Shown here one piece after another: positions 62,877 through 64,000 of a DNA stretch of 64,000 bases. This DNA is from Polyangiaceae bacterium (GTDB lineage Bacteria > Myxococcota_A > Polyangia > Polyangiales > Polyangiaceae), in contig JAPSGB010000008.1 in assembly GCA_035063585.1 (NCBI GenBank), forward strand, positions 32,001 through 96,000, read 5' to 3'. The position numbers were made by a program, and so were the translations under genes. Below the pieces are notes generated by a model, which worked only from the letters and a program-made list of their open reading frames with translations, ran no database searches and had not been told where the DNA came from. Every line of letters starts with the position of its first letter. Within the stretch, counting starts at the first letter, position 1.

Positions 62877-64000
62877 ATGGCCGAGTTCCTGTGGGAGGCC
62901 CGTGCGCGCACGGGCGAGCTGCGCAAGGGCGTGATGACGGCGGACGACGCGGGCATCGTCAACGCGCGCCTCCGCCAACAGCAGCTGAGCCCGGTCAAGG
63001 TCAAGAAGAAGCTCGCGTTCGGCGAGATCAAGTTCGGCACCGGGGTCGGAGTCAAGGACCTCGTCACCTTCAGCCGGCTCTTCGCCACCATGATCGACGC
63101 CGGCCTGCCGCTCGTGCAGTGCCTCGACATCCTCGCGAACCAGCAGCAAAATAAGGCGTTCGCGACCGTGCTGCGCGACGTAAGGTCGTCGGTCGAGCAG
63201 GGGAGCACCTTCAGCGATGCGCTCGCGCGTCACCCGAAGGTGTTCGACGATCTCTACACCAACCTGGTCCGCGCCGGCGAGGTGGGCGGCATCCTCGACA
63301 CCATCATGAACCGGCTCTCCATCTACATGGAGAAGCGGCAGAAGCTGGTCCGCCAGGTCCGCGGCGCGCTCGTCTACCCGAGCGTCGTCGTCGTCATCGC
63401 GGCCGGCGTCATGACGGTGCTCCTCACCTTCGTCATCCCCGCCTTCGAGAACATGTTCAAGGATTTCGGCGGAGGGAAGGACGCTCTGCCGAAGCTCACC
63501 CAGATGGTGATGGCCCTCTCGAAGGGCTTCGTGAGCTACCTGCCGTTCATCGTCGTGGTGGTCATCCTCGCCGCGGTAGGCATCGGCTACGCGTACCGCA
63601 CCCCGCGCGGGAAGCGTTTCTTTCACAACCTGACGCTCACGGTGCCCATCATCGGCGGCGTGGTGCGGAAGGTCGCGGTGGCGCGCTTCACCCGCACGCT
63701 CGGGACGCTCCTCCAATCGGGAGTGCCGATCCTCGACGCGCTCGAGATCTGCGGGCGCACCGCCGGCAACGTGGTCATCGAGGCCGCGGTGATGCACGTT
63801 CGGCAGAAGATCAGCGAGGGGCGCAACATGGCCGAGCCGCTCGCGGAGACCAAGGTCTTCCCGGACATGGTCGTGCAGATGATCGCGGTCGGTGAGCAGA
63901 CCGGCGCGCTCGATCAGATGCTAAATAAGATCGCTGATTTCTATGAGGAGGAGACCGACGTGGCGGTCGCCGCGCTCACCAGCATGCTCGAGCCCATCAT
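62877..64000 (+). CDS. pilC: Type IV pilus assembly platform protein PilC (T2SS F family), partial at the right edge
   Basis: Not in the ORF track. ATG 62877 MAEFLWEARAR...FSRLFATMIDAGLPLVQCLDIL...HPKVFDDLYTNLVRAGEVGGILD...ALVYP...GVPILDAL...GEQTGALDQMLNKIADFYEEE. Confidence 0.95.
   Translation, partial: MAEFLWEARARTGELRKGVMTADDAGIVNARLRQQQLSPVKVKKKLAFGEIKFGTGVGVKDLVTFSRLFATMIDAGLPLVQCLDILANQQQNKAFATVLRDVRSSVEQGSTFSDALARHPKVFDDLYTNLVRAGEVGGILDTIMNRLSIYMEKRQKLVRQVRGALVYPSVVVVIAAGVMTVLLTFVIPAFENMFKDFGGGKDALPKLTQMVMALSKGFVSYLPFIVVVVILAAVGIGYAYRTPRGKRFFHNLTLTVPIIGGVVRKVAVARFTRTLGTLLQSGVPILDALEICGRTAGNVVIEAAVMHVRQKISEGRNMAEPLAETKVFPDMVVQMIAVGEQTGALDQMLNKIADFYEEETDVAVAALTSMLEPI

Noticed and set aside
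62748..63797. Apparent 350-aa N-terminal extension of the serine hydrolase
   Set aside because: It is antisense to pilC; the hydrolase domain begins near ATG 62747.

Overview
Very GC-rich bacterial chromosome segment, most consistent with a Myxococcota (Polyangiaceae/Sorangium-like) genome. Evidence for that is the Ser/Thr kinase plus TPR/PEGA pair, the tandem-FHA protein, Cys-rich lipoproteins and a long Ala/Lys/Pro N-terminus on RpoD. Most of the window is core housekeeping: rpoD, dnaG, atpD-atpC, rsmA, MoxR/DUF58/DUF4350, mutS, hrpB, polA, ihfA-merR, ssb, pilC. Two heme-rich accessory loci lie in the first 21 kb. (1) At 1-6107 is a porin-cytochrome locus: a minus-strand operon (NrfJ-like OB-fold protein, beta-barrel, 12-heme lipoprotein, and another cytochrome running off the edge) divergent from a decaheme OmcA/MtrC-family lipoprotein that has a collagen-like stalk. 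(2) At 11431-20418 is a tightly coupled 7-gene operon headed by a strong Fur-box match: porin, imelysin, di-heme DHOR protein, a 978-aa hydrazine-synthase-alpha-like/TolB multiheme lipoprotein, a CX4CH cytochrome, DUF4266 and DUF3570. Non-coding structure includes a REP-doublet-like palindrome present twice 15 kb apart, three pairs of 36-37 bp direct repeats spaced 72-73 bp apart upstream of the Fur operon, and an orphan ArsR-type operator with a possible gene relic. I saw no tRNA, rRNA, transposase, integrase or cas gene. All family calls come from motif recognition by eye, not database searches.
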